A stretch of DNA of 64,000 bases, taken from positions 461,437 to 525,436 of the forward strand of contig JBGSRU010000002.1 of NCBI GenBank assembly GCA_041737385.1. The letters run 5' to 3'. The translations under genes and the position numbers were made by a program. Source of the stretch: Candidatus Saccharimonadales bacterium. Its GTDB lineage: Bacteria; Patescibacteriota; Saccharimonadia; Saccharimonadales; SZUA-47. Shown in pieces: positions 9,244 through 17,743 of this stretch. The notes under the pieces are model-generated. The model worked only from the letters and a program-made list of their open reading frames with translations, ran no database searches and had not been told where the DNA came from. Positions within the stretch are counted from its first letter, which is position 1. Each line of letters begins with the position of its first letter.

Positions 9244-10512
9244 CTACTGGTTTAAGGATTGTTTTGCAGCTTCTAATTGAGGGTCGCGACTTGCTTTTCT
9301 GTCCTCGGTAGTTAGCTCTACTTTGCTATCAGGCTCAATGCCTTCTTTATCAATATTTTTACCACCCGGAGTGAACCATCGAGCAATAGTGACTTTTAAT
9401 GAGCCGCCGCCGTCTAAATTGATGAGCTGTTGAACACTGCCTTTACCGTAGCTCGTTTGACCAATTAATGTCGCTACATTGTTATCTTTGAGCGCTCCTG
9501 CGACTATTTCACTGGCGCTAGCACTACCCTTGTCGATAAGTACGACTGTTTTAACGTCTTTGAATATAGGATTCTTTACAGCAGTGAATGTTCTGATAGT
9601 CTCTCCGCCGCGTTTCTCTTCCAAAACAGTCGTTCCTTTCGTGAGCCATACATTGGAGACACCAACTGCTGCGTCAAGTAGCCCACCAGGATTGCCCCTC
9701 ACGTCTAGTACTACTTTTTTAACTCCTTCGTCCATGAATTCTTGGGCTGCTTTTTCAGTTAGCTCAGTTGTGTCAGTGCCGAAGCGGCCGATTGAGATTA
9801 TACCTACTCCGTTATCAATGTTCCATTCGACACTCGGTATATCAATCGTATCTCGAACGATAGGCACTTCAACTTGTTCGCCTTCACGAATAACCGTCAA
9901 CGTCACTGTTGATCCCTTTTCACCTCTGATCCGTTTAACCGCCTCTGAAACGGTGATATCTGTTGACGGCTCACCGTCTATTTCAGTAATAATGTCTTGT
10001 GGCCTGATGCCAGCTCTATCCGCTGGTGTGCCTTTGATCGGTGCGATAATAATGATGAAACTACCTTCTTTACCGAGCTCGGCGCCGATACCATCAAACG
10101 TTCCGTTCAAGTCTGCATTGAAATCTTGTGTTTCTTTGGCAGATAAATATTCTGTATATGTATCACCGACTGCGGCAACAGCGCCTTTTTTCAAACCATC
10201 GATAAGCTCATTTGCATCAATTTGCCCGTCATAATTGGCTTTCAACTTATCATAAATTTCTTCGAGTCCGTCAGTTGACAAGTCAGATGGTTGCTCCTGC
10301 GATACCACTGATGCAAGGTTCTCTGCACTATTTATGCTTATGCGACCGTCTCCAAACAGCCAACCAGCTGAAAAAATTACTGCTGCAGCAACAACAAAAC
10401 TAGCTCTCTTAACGATTTCGCGGCCTCGTTTTTTTACGTCAGCACTCACTTGCTCTTGATTTTGCTCCACTTTTTGGTCCGTCCTTATTCTCTTATTTAT
10501 GTCTAACCGCAA
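9244..10512 (-). CDS. S41 carboxy-terminal processing peptidase with PDZ domain
   Basis: N-terminal TM anchor, PDZ (GIRPQDIITEIDGE) and S41 core (DVRGNPGGLLD, VVLIDKGSASASEI). Overlaps the upstream M23 gene by 10 nt. Confidence 0.85.
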   Translation of the reverse strand: MRLDINKRIRTDQKVEQNQEQVSADVKKRGREIVKRASFVVAAAVIFSAGWLFGDGRISINSAENLASVVSQEQPSDLSTDGLEEIYDKLKANYDGQIDANELIDGLKKGAVAAVGDTYTEYLSAKETQDFNADLNGTFDGIGAELGKEGSFIIIIAPIKGTPADRAGIRPQDIITEIDGEPSTDITVSEAVKRIRGEKGSTVTLTVIREGEQVEVPIVRDTIDIPSVEWNIDNGVGIISIGRFGTDTTELTEKAAQEFMDEGVKKVVLDVRGNPGGLLDAAVGVSNVWLTKGTTVLEEKRGGETIRTFTAVKNPIFKDVKTVVLIDKGSASASEIVAGALKDNNVATLIGQTSYGKGSVQQLINLDGGGSLKVTIARWFTPGGKNIDKEGIEPDSKVELTTEDRKASRDPQLEAAKQSLNQ

Positions 10513-11660
10513 TAACCATACACTTGACCATCAGGAGTAATCATATGGGGATACCAAGTTTGCCATCCATCTCCATGATCAACAACGACGACGTAGCCCA
10601 AGCCAGCTCGGCAGCCCCGAAAAATTATTTGTCCGTCTGCTGCTGCCAATACAGCCGTACCTGATGATGTCGCAATATCTAAACCACTATGAAAACTGTT
10701 CTGCCCGCCGTTACATTGAGTCGCATAATACCATGCAGGAGCAACACAACCATAGCTCTGACTTATATAGCCACCACCACCAGCTATTGGCCATGAATAT
10801 CCATTTATTAATGAGCCTCCACCTGCAGATGGGTTTACAGTTGAGCCGTTGCGGTACACTTGAAAATGGATGTGAGGTCCAGTCGAAAATCCAGTACTTC
10901 CTACTTTACCAATCTGATTCCCTCTGTATACAGGGCCAAGGCTAGTAACGTTAGCAGCCGCTAATAGTGCAGCCAGCTGTGCTTCGGCTTTTTCGAGCTC
11001 AGCAAGTTGAGACGCAACAACTGATCGATATTTGTCTTCTTCACCTTGTGTTTGGTCTAGAATAGTCTGTTGTTCTTGTCTTTTCGCTGCGAGTAGAGAT
11101 TTTTGCTCTTCTTGACCTTTCAATAAGTCTTCTTGCTGTAATTTTTCTGTTTCAATCTGTTGTTTTAGCACTATTACTTTATCAGCTGATTCTTTGACTG
11201 AATTTTGCAAGCGTTGCAGATATTCTTGCTCATTGATAAAATCTGAGAAACTGTCACTTGCGACAAGAAGTTCAACTGTTGATGCACCTCGCCGCTCATA
11301 CAACGCACGCAACGACGCTTTTAGAAGACTTTTTTGACGTTCTAATTCTGCTTCTGTTTCAACCAGTCTTTGCCTAAGTTCTTGTAGCTTAACCTCTGTG
11401 AGTTCAATTTGTGTTGCTGCTAGAGATATCTCAATGTTTAATTCTTGAACTTTAGTCTGCAGTGATTCGGCTTGTTTCGAAAGTTCGACGATTTGACCAT
11501 TATTAGCTTCAATTTCAGCTTGCAGTACACTAGATTTTTCTTGTAGTTGTTTAATAGTTTCTGCTGATCCATATTGAGGGAAAAGTGCCACGACAAGCCC
11601 AACGACAGCAATAACTACTATGAACCTTTTTATTTGTATAAATTTTTGTGTTAGAAACAT
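10503..11660 (-). CDS. EnvC-like coiled-coil protein with (permuted) M23 peptidase domain
   Basis: Signal anchor and about 200 aa of coiled coil. The M23 motifs appear in reversed order: GSTGFSTGPHIHFQ comes before FHSGLDIATSSGTAVLAAADGQI...VDHGDGWQTWYPHM. Confidence 0.8.
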   Translation of the reverse strand: MFLTQKFIQIKRFIVVIAVVGLVVALFPQYGSAETIKQLQEKSSVLQAEIEANNGQIVELSKQAESLQTKVQELNIEISLAATQIELTEVKLQELRQRLVETEAELERQKSLLKASLRALYERRGASTVELLVASDSFSDFINEQEYLQRLQNSVKESADKVIVLKQQIETEKLQQEDLLKGQEEQKSLLAAKRQEQQTILDQTQGEEDKYRSVVASQLAELEKAEAQLAALLAAANVTSLGPVYRGNQIGKVGSTGFSTGPHIHFQVYRNGSTVNPSAGGGSLINGYSWPIAGGGGYISQSYGCVAPAWYYATQCNGGQNSFHSGLDIATSSGTAVLAAADGQIIFRGCRAGLGYVVVVDHGDGWQTWYPHMITPDGQVYGYCG

Positions 11661-11666
11661 AAGCCT

Positions 11667-11695
11667 ATTATACCTTAATAGGATAGTAGATGGAA
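11667..11695 (-). promoter_or_regulatory. putative promoter giving a leaderless M23 transcript
   Basis: Minus strand reads TTCCAT (11695-11690), a 17-nt spacer, then TATAAT (11672-11667). The -10 box ends 6 nt before the ATG at 11660. Confidence 0.4.
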
Positions 11696-11913
11696 GAAAG
11701 CAGATAGAATCTAGAATCTTCTAAGTAGTATGCGCCGCTTTATTCGTGTGAGTAATTTTATAATGAAATCACTACGATTATTACTAAACCTACCTTACGC
11801 AGTGGTTGGCTCACCGCTATTGTATCTAAACCACAATCAATCAGAATATCCAAAGTAAATTTGTGCATAGTGGTTAAAGTCCAAAAATTATGGTGGCACC
11901 CAAAAGCACCTAC

Positions 11914-11960
<47 letters not shown>

Positions 11961-12055
11961 TCTGCGTCCGTCGGATTTATTCCGCGGTAAGCAGATTTAA
12001 TTTCCGAGAAAAGAGCAGCCGGTTTGACGGCCAGAGCCGCAACCCGCGCGTCGAG

Positions 12056-12086
12056 AAAAGGGCTTGCCCTTGTCTTGAAAGCCCTT
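12056..12086 (-). terminator. possible intrinsic terminator after ftsX
   Basis: Minus strand reads AAGGGCT...AGCCCTT (7-bp stem; alternatively AAGGG-CAAG-CCCTT) followed by TTTCT, starting about 6 nt after the ftsX stop. Confidence 0.4.
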
Positions 12087-12091
12087 GCGCG

Positions 12092-13036
12092 CTACCAATG
12101 TTTTAGTTTGAGGTGCTTTTCCATAGCAAGCATACTTGATACAGAACCAATCAAAATACCTACTAAAATAACGCTTAGCCAGAGAGTCACCATGATTGTT
12201 GGACTTGTAAAGAAAGCGAAGGTCTGCGCAAACTCAGGCTGATCAGATACTTTTCTCCCAAGAAAATAGATAAGTGAATAGACAGTTGTGTTTGCAATAA
12301 TCCCCGCAAAAACTCCATAAAGTGATGCTTCAACCAAGAAAGGTCCTCTGATGTAGTCAGGAGTCGCACCTATAAGCTTCATTATGCGAATCTCATCACG
12401 ACGTGTATAGATCGCCATCCGGATTGTGTTGAATATAATCATTATGGACACCGCAGATAATGTCACCGCAGATATAATACTTGCAGCTGTGATAAAGCCC
12501 TGCGCTGATGCGGCTTTATCAATTGTTGCTTGAGCATCTGTTTGACCAAGTGACACTGAATCCACAACTTCGCTATATTTTTCCTGCTCTGCTAAAGTTT
12601 TGATCTCAGGCATACGCTCAAGATCGCTAACAGTAATTCTCAGACTTGATGGAAGCACGTCGTCACCAGCAAGCGCTAAAGCCTGCAGAATACCGCTATC
12701 TTTATCAAAATCTCCAGCAAGGTCTTCCTGGGCTTGGTTTTGCGATACAAATTCTACTGATTCGACAAAGTCTAACGAACTTACTGCTGTTTGTAGGCCT
12801 GTTTTCTGCTGCTCACTACTATCGTCTTTAAAATAAATAGATGCTTTTAGGTCTCTCGCTAGCTCGTCGATTGCGTTGTTTGCCGTTACATTAAGCACTA
12901 CAGCGATAGATATAATAGTCAGCGCAACAACCATAACTGCAGTTGCCGCGATAGTGAGCCAAGCATTCCTAAAGAGATTTACAAATCCAGATTTAAGAAT
13001 TCGTATTGTTGTGTAATATCTGCGTGATCCATTCAT
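12092..13036 (-). CDS. ftsX: cell division permease-like protein FtsX
   Basis: 314 aa with one TM, a large extracytoplasmic loop and three C-terminal TMs. 4-nt overlap with ftsE. Confidence 0.85.
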   Translation of the reverse strand: MNGSRRYYTTIRILKSGFVNLFRNAWLTIAATAVMVVALTIISIAVVLNVTANNAIDELARDLKASIYFKDDSSEQQKTGLQTAVSSLDFVESVEFVSQNQAQEDLAGDFDKDSGILQALALAGDDVLPSSLRITVSDLERMPEIKTLAEQEKYSEVVDSVSLGQTDAQATIDKAASAQGFITAASIISAVTLSAVSIMIIFNTIRMAIYTRRDEIRIMKLIGATPDYIRGPFLVEASLYGVFAGIIANTTVYSLIYFLGRKVSDQPEFAQTFAFFTSPTIMVTLWLSVILVGILIGSVSSMLAMEKHLKLKHW

Positions 13037-13713
13037 AGCCTGTACTCCGAGCTTGCACGGTCACTACTCACCTTTCCATCTTTAATCGTTACTACTCGTC
13101 GTTTGAGCTTATCGACTATTTCTTTGTTGTGAGTCGTGAGCAGTACTGTTGTGCCGTATCTATTGATTTTTTCTAGTACGCGAATGACATCCCATGCATG
13201 TTTTGGATCAAGGTTTCCTGTTGGCTCGTCAGCAATAAGAATTTTAGGTTGACGTACAATAGCACGCGCAATCGCCACACGTTGTCTCTCGCCACCGGAT
13301 AGTTCAGATGGGTAATTATCATCTTTTCCTTTGAGGCCGACGATATCGAGGACTTTTGGCACAGTGTGTCGAATCTCTTTGTTGCTCATTCCCACAATCT
13401 CGAGTGCAAATGCGACATTCTCAAAAACCGTTCGGTTGCTAAGCAGTTTAAAATCTTGGAACACAACGCCAATCTTACGTCTCAGGAATGGAATGTCTTT
13501 GTCTTTTAATCGTTCGTAGTCAATACCGCCAACAATAATCTTACCGCTCGTTGGCTTTTCTTCCCTTGTGAGAAGTTTTAACAGCGTTGATTTGCCAGCG
13601 CCACTTGCTCCAACGATAACAACAAACTCCTTAGCCTCAACGTGTAAATTAATCCGCTCGATAGCGGGCCCTTTTCTATTATATGTTTTAGTTACTCTGT
13701 CTAATAAAATCAT
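13033..13713 (-). CDS. ftsE: cell division ATP-binding protein FtsE
   Basis: Walker A GASGAGKST, signature LSGGERQR, Walker B ILIADEPTGNLD. 226 aa, directly upstream of ftsX. Confidence 0.9.
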   Translation of the reverse strand: MILLDRVTKTYNRKGPAIERINLHVEAKEFVVIVGASGAGKSTLLKLLTREEKPTSGKIIVGGIDYERLKDKDIPFLRRKIGVVFQDFKLLSNRTVFENVAFALEIVGMSNKEIRHTVPKVLDIVGLKGKDDNYPSELSGGERQRVAIARAIVRQPKILIADEPTGNLDPKHAWDVIRVLEKINRYGTTVLLTTHNKEIVDKLKRRVVTIKDGKVSSDRASSEYRL

Positions 13714-13809
13714 TGCTACTAGTATACCAAAGATTAAGGATATTTTGCTTGTGCTTCAAAGGTGAAACAAGTTATGCTTAAACGAAGAAGAGAGACTACC
13801 TAATCATCT

Positions 13810-16077
13810 ATGTATCCAAAAATATATGAATTTATTAATAAAGCCGTTTCGGAGGGTACACCACCTAACGCAATTTACGCTCAGTTAATCGAACAGGGTT
13901 GGCCTGAATCAGCTGTCCGTGAAGTACTTGAATCTTGGTTAAAAGCCCACGGCAAAATCACAAAAACGACCGCCTTCAAGGACTGGGTAAAGAAATATTA
14001 CAGAAAAGCCGCTCCTGCTGTTGCAGTTGTCGTCTTTATAAATGTCATCACTGTCGGAATAAATCTTCTAAAGCCATGGCCAACGAAAATATTAGCTGAC
14101 TCTGCCTTTGGAAATATTCCTGCCCCTGGTCCACTCGAACAATACACCGGCACCTCCACACTTATTCTCATCACTTCTGGGATGACACTTTTCTTGTTTG
14201 TTTTTGGAACATTGTTTGGTGTTGTTCGAGACTTTATTTTGCTTAAAATTGGGTTTTGGTTAAACAAATCTATAAAGCAAGAGTCATTACGGCACATCAT
14301 GCACCTGCCACTTTTCCATAAAGAACGGCTATCAAAAGGAGATTACGTCTACCGTCAAAACGTCGTGACGAACAGTTTATCGGATCTTGTTTTAGGATCT
14401 ACGTCTTCAATAACCGAGTCCATAATTGTGATTATTGGTGTGCTCGCAATAATGTTCAGCTTCAATGTTGGACTAACTTTCATCTCTATAGTACTGATTC
14501 CCTTCTTGTTTCTCACAATGCGCCTTGTTGGCCCTCGCCTTGGTCGTTCAGCGCAGGAGTTAACAGAAGTTGCCTCAGAGACATCGTCTCGGATTAATGA
14601 GTCTGTTGATAACGCTGAGACCGTGCAAGCCTTTACGCTCGAGGAGAAGCTACTCCAAAGAATTACAAAGTTATGGGACAGAGGCTATGTTCTCTCTAAA
14701 CGCAATCTACTATGGGGAGAACTACTCACCGGTACAAACGGACTGCTTATCGTGACAGCAACCTCACTCGTTATGTACTTAGGTGGTTCCGCTGCCCTGC
14801 GCGGTGAGCTATCTCTTGGTGAGCTACTTATTTTCATGACCTACATGGGCTACCTGCTTGATCCCGTCGAAAACTTGGTCGAACAACTCACTTCTAGAAA
14901 CCAGAAAATTATTGATGTGAACAGAATATACGAAGTACTTGCTGATCATGAAGGAATTGAGTTTCTTCGTTCAGACATACACATGGGACAGAAAATTGCT
15001 GGTAACATCGAATTCCAAAACGTTACCTATTCATATGAAAACCACACTATTTTTAAAGGCCTAAATTTGAAGATTCCTGCTGGACAAAAAGTAGCTATCA
15101 TCGGTCCAAGTGGTGGCGGCAAAAGTACCATTATGAAGCTACTACCGCTGTTTTTGGAGCCAGAAGGTGGCCGTGTTCTGATAGACGATGTTGATATCCA
15201 ATCTGTCTCTCTAAAGGAGTTGCGCCAGCACATCTCATGGGTGAGTCAATCACCTCAATTGTTTGATGGATCAATAATAGATAACCTGATCGATGGTGAT
15301 CCGTACAGAGAGGTTACAAACGAAGAAATAATGAATGCAATTGATACGGCGAATGTCTCTGAGTTTGCTTACAAACTCCCTCTTGGCCTCGCGACGTCTG
15401 CCGGTGAGAATGGTGGTTCGCTAAGCGGCGGCCAACGTCAGCGCATATCTATTGCGCGTGCGCTGGTTAAAAATGCACCTATAGTTTGTCTTGATGAGCC
15501 GACAGCAGCGCTGGATGCAAAAAGTGAAAACTTAATCCGTGACTCCCTGCTCGAAATGATTAAGGATAAGACAGTCGTCATGGTCACTCATAGAAAATCT
15601 CTACTTACCCTGATGGATGTTGTATATGTACTAAAAGACGGACAACTGACAGACGTCAATCAGCTTGGTGGGCTAGACAGATACCTAGCTGAGTTAGAAG
15701 GCATAGAAGAACAAAAAATAACTACAGAGATCGCTGAAAACAAACAAGAGGCTGAGCAAGTTGATCTCGTCGCATTGTATGATAGTTATTTACAGACACA
15801 CGGCGATGAAAAAAACGTAATTACAGATGAAACAACGCCCGAATTAGCACAAGAGAAAGCACAAGAAAAAGTAGTTACTTCCGAACCTTGGGCACCACCA
15901 ATCATAACTGCAATTCCTCAAACTCCACAGGAAACAATAACCAACCAAGTAGACCAAGAAACTAAAAACATTCTTGAGAACATGGAAATAAAGCGTTCAA
16001 TCAATGCAGATGGCAGCCCCATCGAGCAAATAGCAGATGACGAAAAACAAAATGATGTCACCATTCAGTTACACTAG
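13810..16077 (+). CDS. ABC exporter, fused permease/ATPase (MsbA-like type I exporter) with terminal extensions
   Basis: Six-TM exporter domain plus NBD (GPSGGGKST, LSGGQRQR, VCLDEPT). Extra soluble N-terminal segment of about 60 aa and an acidic low-complexity C-terminal tail of about 130 aa. Confidence 0.85.
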   Translation: MYPKIYEFINKAVSEGTPPNAIYAQLIEQGWPESAVREVLESWLKAHGKITKTTAFKDWVKKYYRKAAPAVAVVVFINVITVGINLLKPWPTKILADSAFGNIPAPGPLEQYTGTSTLILITSGMTLFLFVFGTLFGVVRDFILLKIGFWLNKSIKQESLRHIMHLPLFHKERLSKGDYVYRQNVVTNSLSDLVLGSTSSITESIIVIIGVLAIMFSFNVGLTFISIVLIPFLFLTMRLVGPRLGRSAQELTEVASETSSRINESVDNAETVQAFTLEEKLLQRITKLWDRGYVLSKRNLLWGELLTGTNGLLIVTATSLVMYLGGSAALRGELSLGELLIFMTYMGYLLDPVENLVEQLTSRNQKIIDVNRIYEVLADHEGIEFLRSDIHMGQKIAGNIEFQNVTYSYENHTIFKGLNLKIPAGQKVAIIGPSGGGKSTIMKLLPLFLEPEGGRVLIDDVDIQSVSLKELRQHISWVSQSPQLFDGSIIDNLIDGDPYREVTNEEIMNAIDTANVSEFAYKLPLGLATSAGENGGSLSGGQRQRISIARALVKNAPIVCLDEPTAALDAKSENLIRDSLLEMIKDKTVVMVTHRKSLLTLMDVVYVLKDGQLTDVNQLGGLDRYLAELEGIEEQKITTEIAENKQEAEQVDLVALYDSYLQTHGDEKNVITDETTPELAQEKAQEKVVTSEPWAPPIITAIPQTPQETITNQVDQETKNILENMEIKRSINADGSPIEQIADDEKQNDVTIQLH

Positions 16078-16227
16078 CGTGCTAATTATATCTATCTTAC
16101 AGAGAAGAAGCGAAAAACATAAAGCTTTGTAGCTCTAACCTAGTAAGCGAGTCATCATTTTAAGTGGTTATACCAGTGTCTTTGAAGCAAAAGTTTAGAC
16201 TTCGGAATCTTAATCTCCGTTAACTGC

Positions 16228-17619
16228 TTAGCGATATCTAAGCATACCGCCACCAGTGTTAGGTCTTGGAGGAATAGATGGTGCAGCCATACTAGCTCTT
16301 AAGTCGGCTTGACGTGGGTTTGACGGTGCGTAGGCGGCAGATGGTTTAGGGGCTGCTGCCATTTTTACTGCATTATTTGCTGCCATTGCAGAATCACGTC
16401 TGTTGTTTGAAGCTTCGGTAGCCATTTTTGCTACTCCTGCTTGTTGTTCTGGAGTAGCGCTTGCGAATCTCTCCCAGTTGGCAATTTGTTCTTTGTCTCC
16501 ACTTGCATATATTGCCGCCACTTTGTCTGTGTTAGCTTTGTTTGCTGCAGTTGCTGCTTTTGCAGCGTCTTGTTTTGCTAGTGATTCTGCTTGTACCATT
16601 TTTGCTACTCCTGCTTGTTGTTCTGGAGTAGCTTTTACGAAGTTATCCCAATCCCGTTGCCTTTGTGGGTCACCACCAATCCATTCATTTAGTTTTGCTT
16701 CGTTAGCTTTATCGGTGGCATTGCTTATTGCTACAGCGTTGTTGGCTGCTTTTGCAACATCGCGGTTAGCTTCTGATTTCATTGATGCTGCCCTTTGAGT
16801 TGCTGTGTTGTTTGCAACTTGTGCTGCATCACGTCTATTGTCAGATGCTATGTCGACAGAAGTTCTTGACTGTGATGTTGTGCCGCTTGCCCTTGCTGCC
16901 ATTGCTGAATCTCTTCTTCCGTCTGATGCTACTGACGCCGCAGATCTTGTAGCGGAATTTACAGCATTATTTGCTATCATCACTGAATCACGATTATTGT
17001 TAGTAGCGACCAATCTTGAGTTATACTCGGCTTTGGCAGCTGCAGTATATGTGTCGCCGACATTTTGGCTTACTCTTGCCTGATAATTTGTCTGATATTC
17101 TTGAGCTGTTTTTGTAAAATCTGTTTTAAGCCCCGCGTAACTAACGGGCTTTTCCCATTGATCTAAAACTGGCTTTACGCTAGATACTGGAACTAATTTT
17201 TCAAACTCGCTAATAGAACTATTAGTTGCTTGAGATAAATTATTTATAATCGTTCTAAGTTTAGATATATCTTGTCCTGTGACTGTAGATTGAATGTCAG
17301 TGCCTGAAGCAGACCTAGGAATAGAAAAAACGCCGTCATTAATATCTACAGGTGTCACGTTTGGGTCGGAAGCTTGTTGACTATACTTTTTTTCGATATC
17401 AAATATAGTGTCTTGAGCTGACTCTTGATTAACGTTAAGATCGCTAACACTATCAACTACATCTTGATGGTCTGATAAGCTTCCGTTGTTTTGCTCTACT
17501 AAACTAGTTACGTTATACCTAACAGTTCTTGCAATAAGATCAGCGTTTACTCTTAGTACATTTAAGGTTTTAATTAGTTCTTTTGCTAACTTATCTAAAT
17601 TTGATGAGTCGTTATCCAT
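16228..17619 (-). CDS. orphan repeat protein (Asn/Ala-rich, no signal peptide)
   Basis: 463 aa with six degenerate (N/D)(N)RRD(S/A)AMAANNAV-like repeats and a duplicated W(D/E)(N/R)F..ATPEQQAGVAKM motif. No family recognised. Confidence 0.6.
   Translation of the reverse strand: MDNDSSNLDKLAKELIKTLNVLRVNADLIARTVRYNVTSLVEQNNGSLSDHQDVVDSVSDLNVNQESAQDTIFDIEKKYSQQASDPNVTPVDINDGVFSIPRSASGTDIQSTVTGQDISKLRTIINNLSQATNSSISEFEKLVPVSSVKPVLDQWEKPVSYAGLKTDFTKTAQEYQTNYQARVSQNVGDTYTAAAKAEYNSRLVATNNNRDSVMIANNAVNSATRSAASVASDGRRDSAMAARASGTTSQSRTSVDIASDNRRDAAQVANNTATQRAASMKSEANRDVAKAANNAVAISNATDKANEAKLNEWIGGDPQRQRDWDNFVKATPEQQAGVAKMVQAESLAKQDAAKAATAANKANTDKVAAIYASGDKEQIANWERFASATPEQQAGVAKMATEASNNRRDSAMAANNAVKMAAAPKPSAAYAPSNPRQADLRASMAAPSIPPRPNTGGGMLRYR
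16422..16632. repeat. 37-nt perfect direct repeat inside the 463-aa gene
   Basis: ccatttttgctactcctgcttgttgttctggagtagc occurs at 16422-16458 and again at 16596-16632, encoding the duplicated ATPEQQAGVAKM segment. Confidence 0.9.
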
Positions 17620-17657
17620 TTTTTTGTAATCTTTTTTTTATTTTATAAACTAGATAA

Positions 17658-17686
17658 ATAGTAGCATAAGCACTATAAAAAGTCAA
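17658..17686 (-). promoter_or_regulatory. sigma70-type promoter of the 463-aa orphan gene
   Basis: Minus strand reads TTGACT (17686-17681), a 17-nt spacer, then TACTAT (17663-17658). Confidence 0.5.
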
Positions 17687-17743
17687 GGTTTTATACCACA
17701 TTATTTGTGATTTACATCACAATAATGATTTACATGTAGTTTT

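Noticed and set aside
9479-10234. 251-aa plus-strand ORF, and many similar ones such as 2471-2797, 16403-16798, 26500-26880, 42566-43015, 46638-47012, 53874-54494 and 54981-55346
   Set aside because: All lie antisense to well-supported minus-strand genes with clear family motifs. Their translations are low-complexity (Ser/Pro/Leu/Thr-rich) shadows without motifs, so I treat them as non-coding.
11790-11802. 13-nt motif CTACCTTACGCAG shared by two intergenic regions (11790-11802 and 22819-22831, plus a near copy at about 22885)
   Set aside because: By rough calculation, tens of 13-mer matches are expected by chance in a 64-kb AT-biased sequence. There is no flanking similarity or consistent position relative to genes.
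12024-12242. 72-aa plus-strand ORF spanning the G+C-rich spacer and the ftsX 3' end
   Set aside because: It overlaps the well-supported ftsX gene on the opposite strand, starts at a non-ATG codon within the terminator-like region, and has no recognisable motif.
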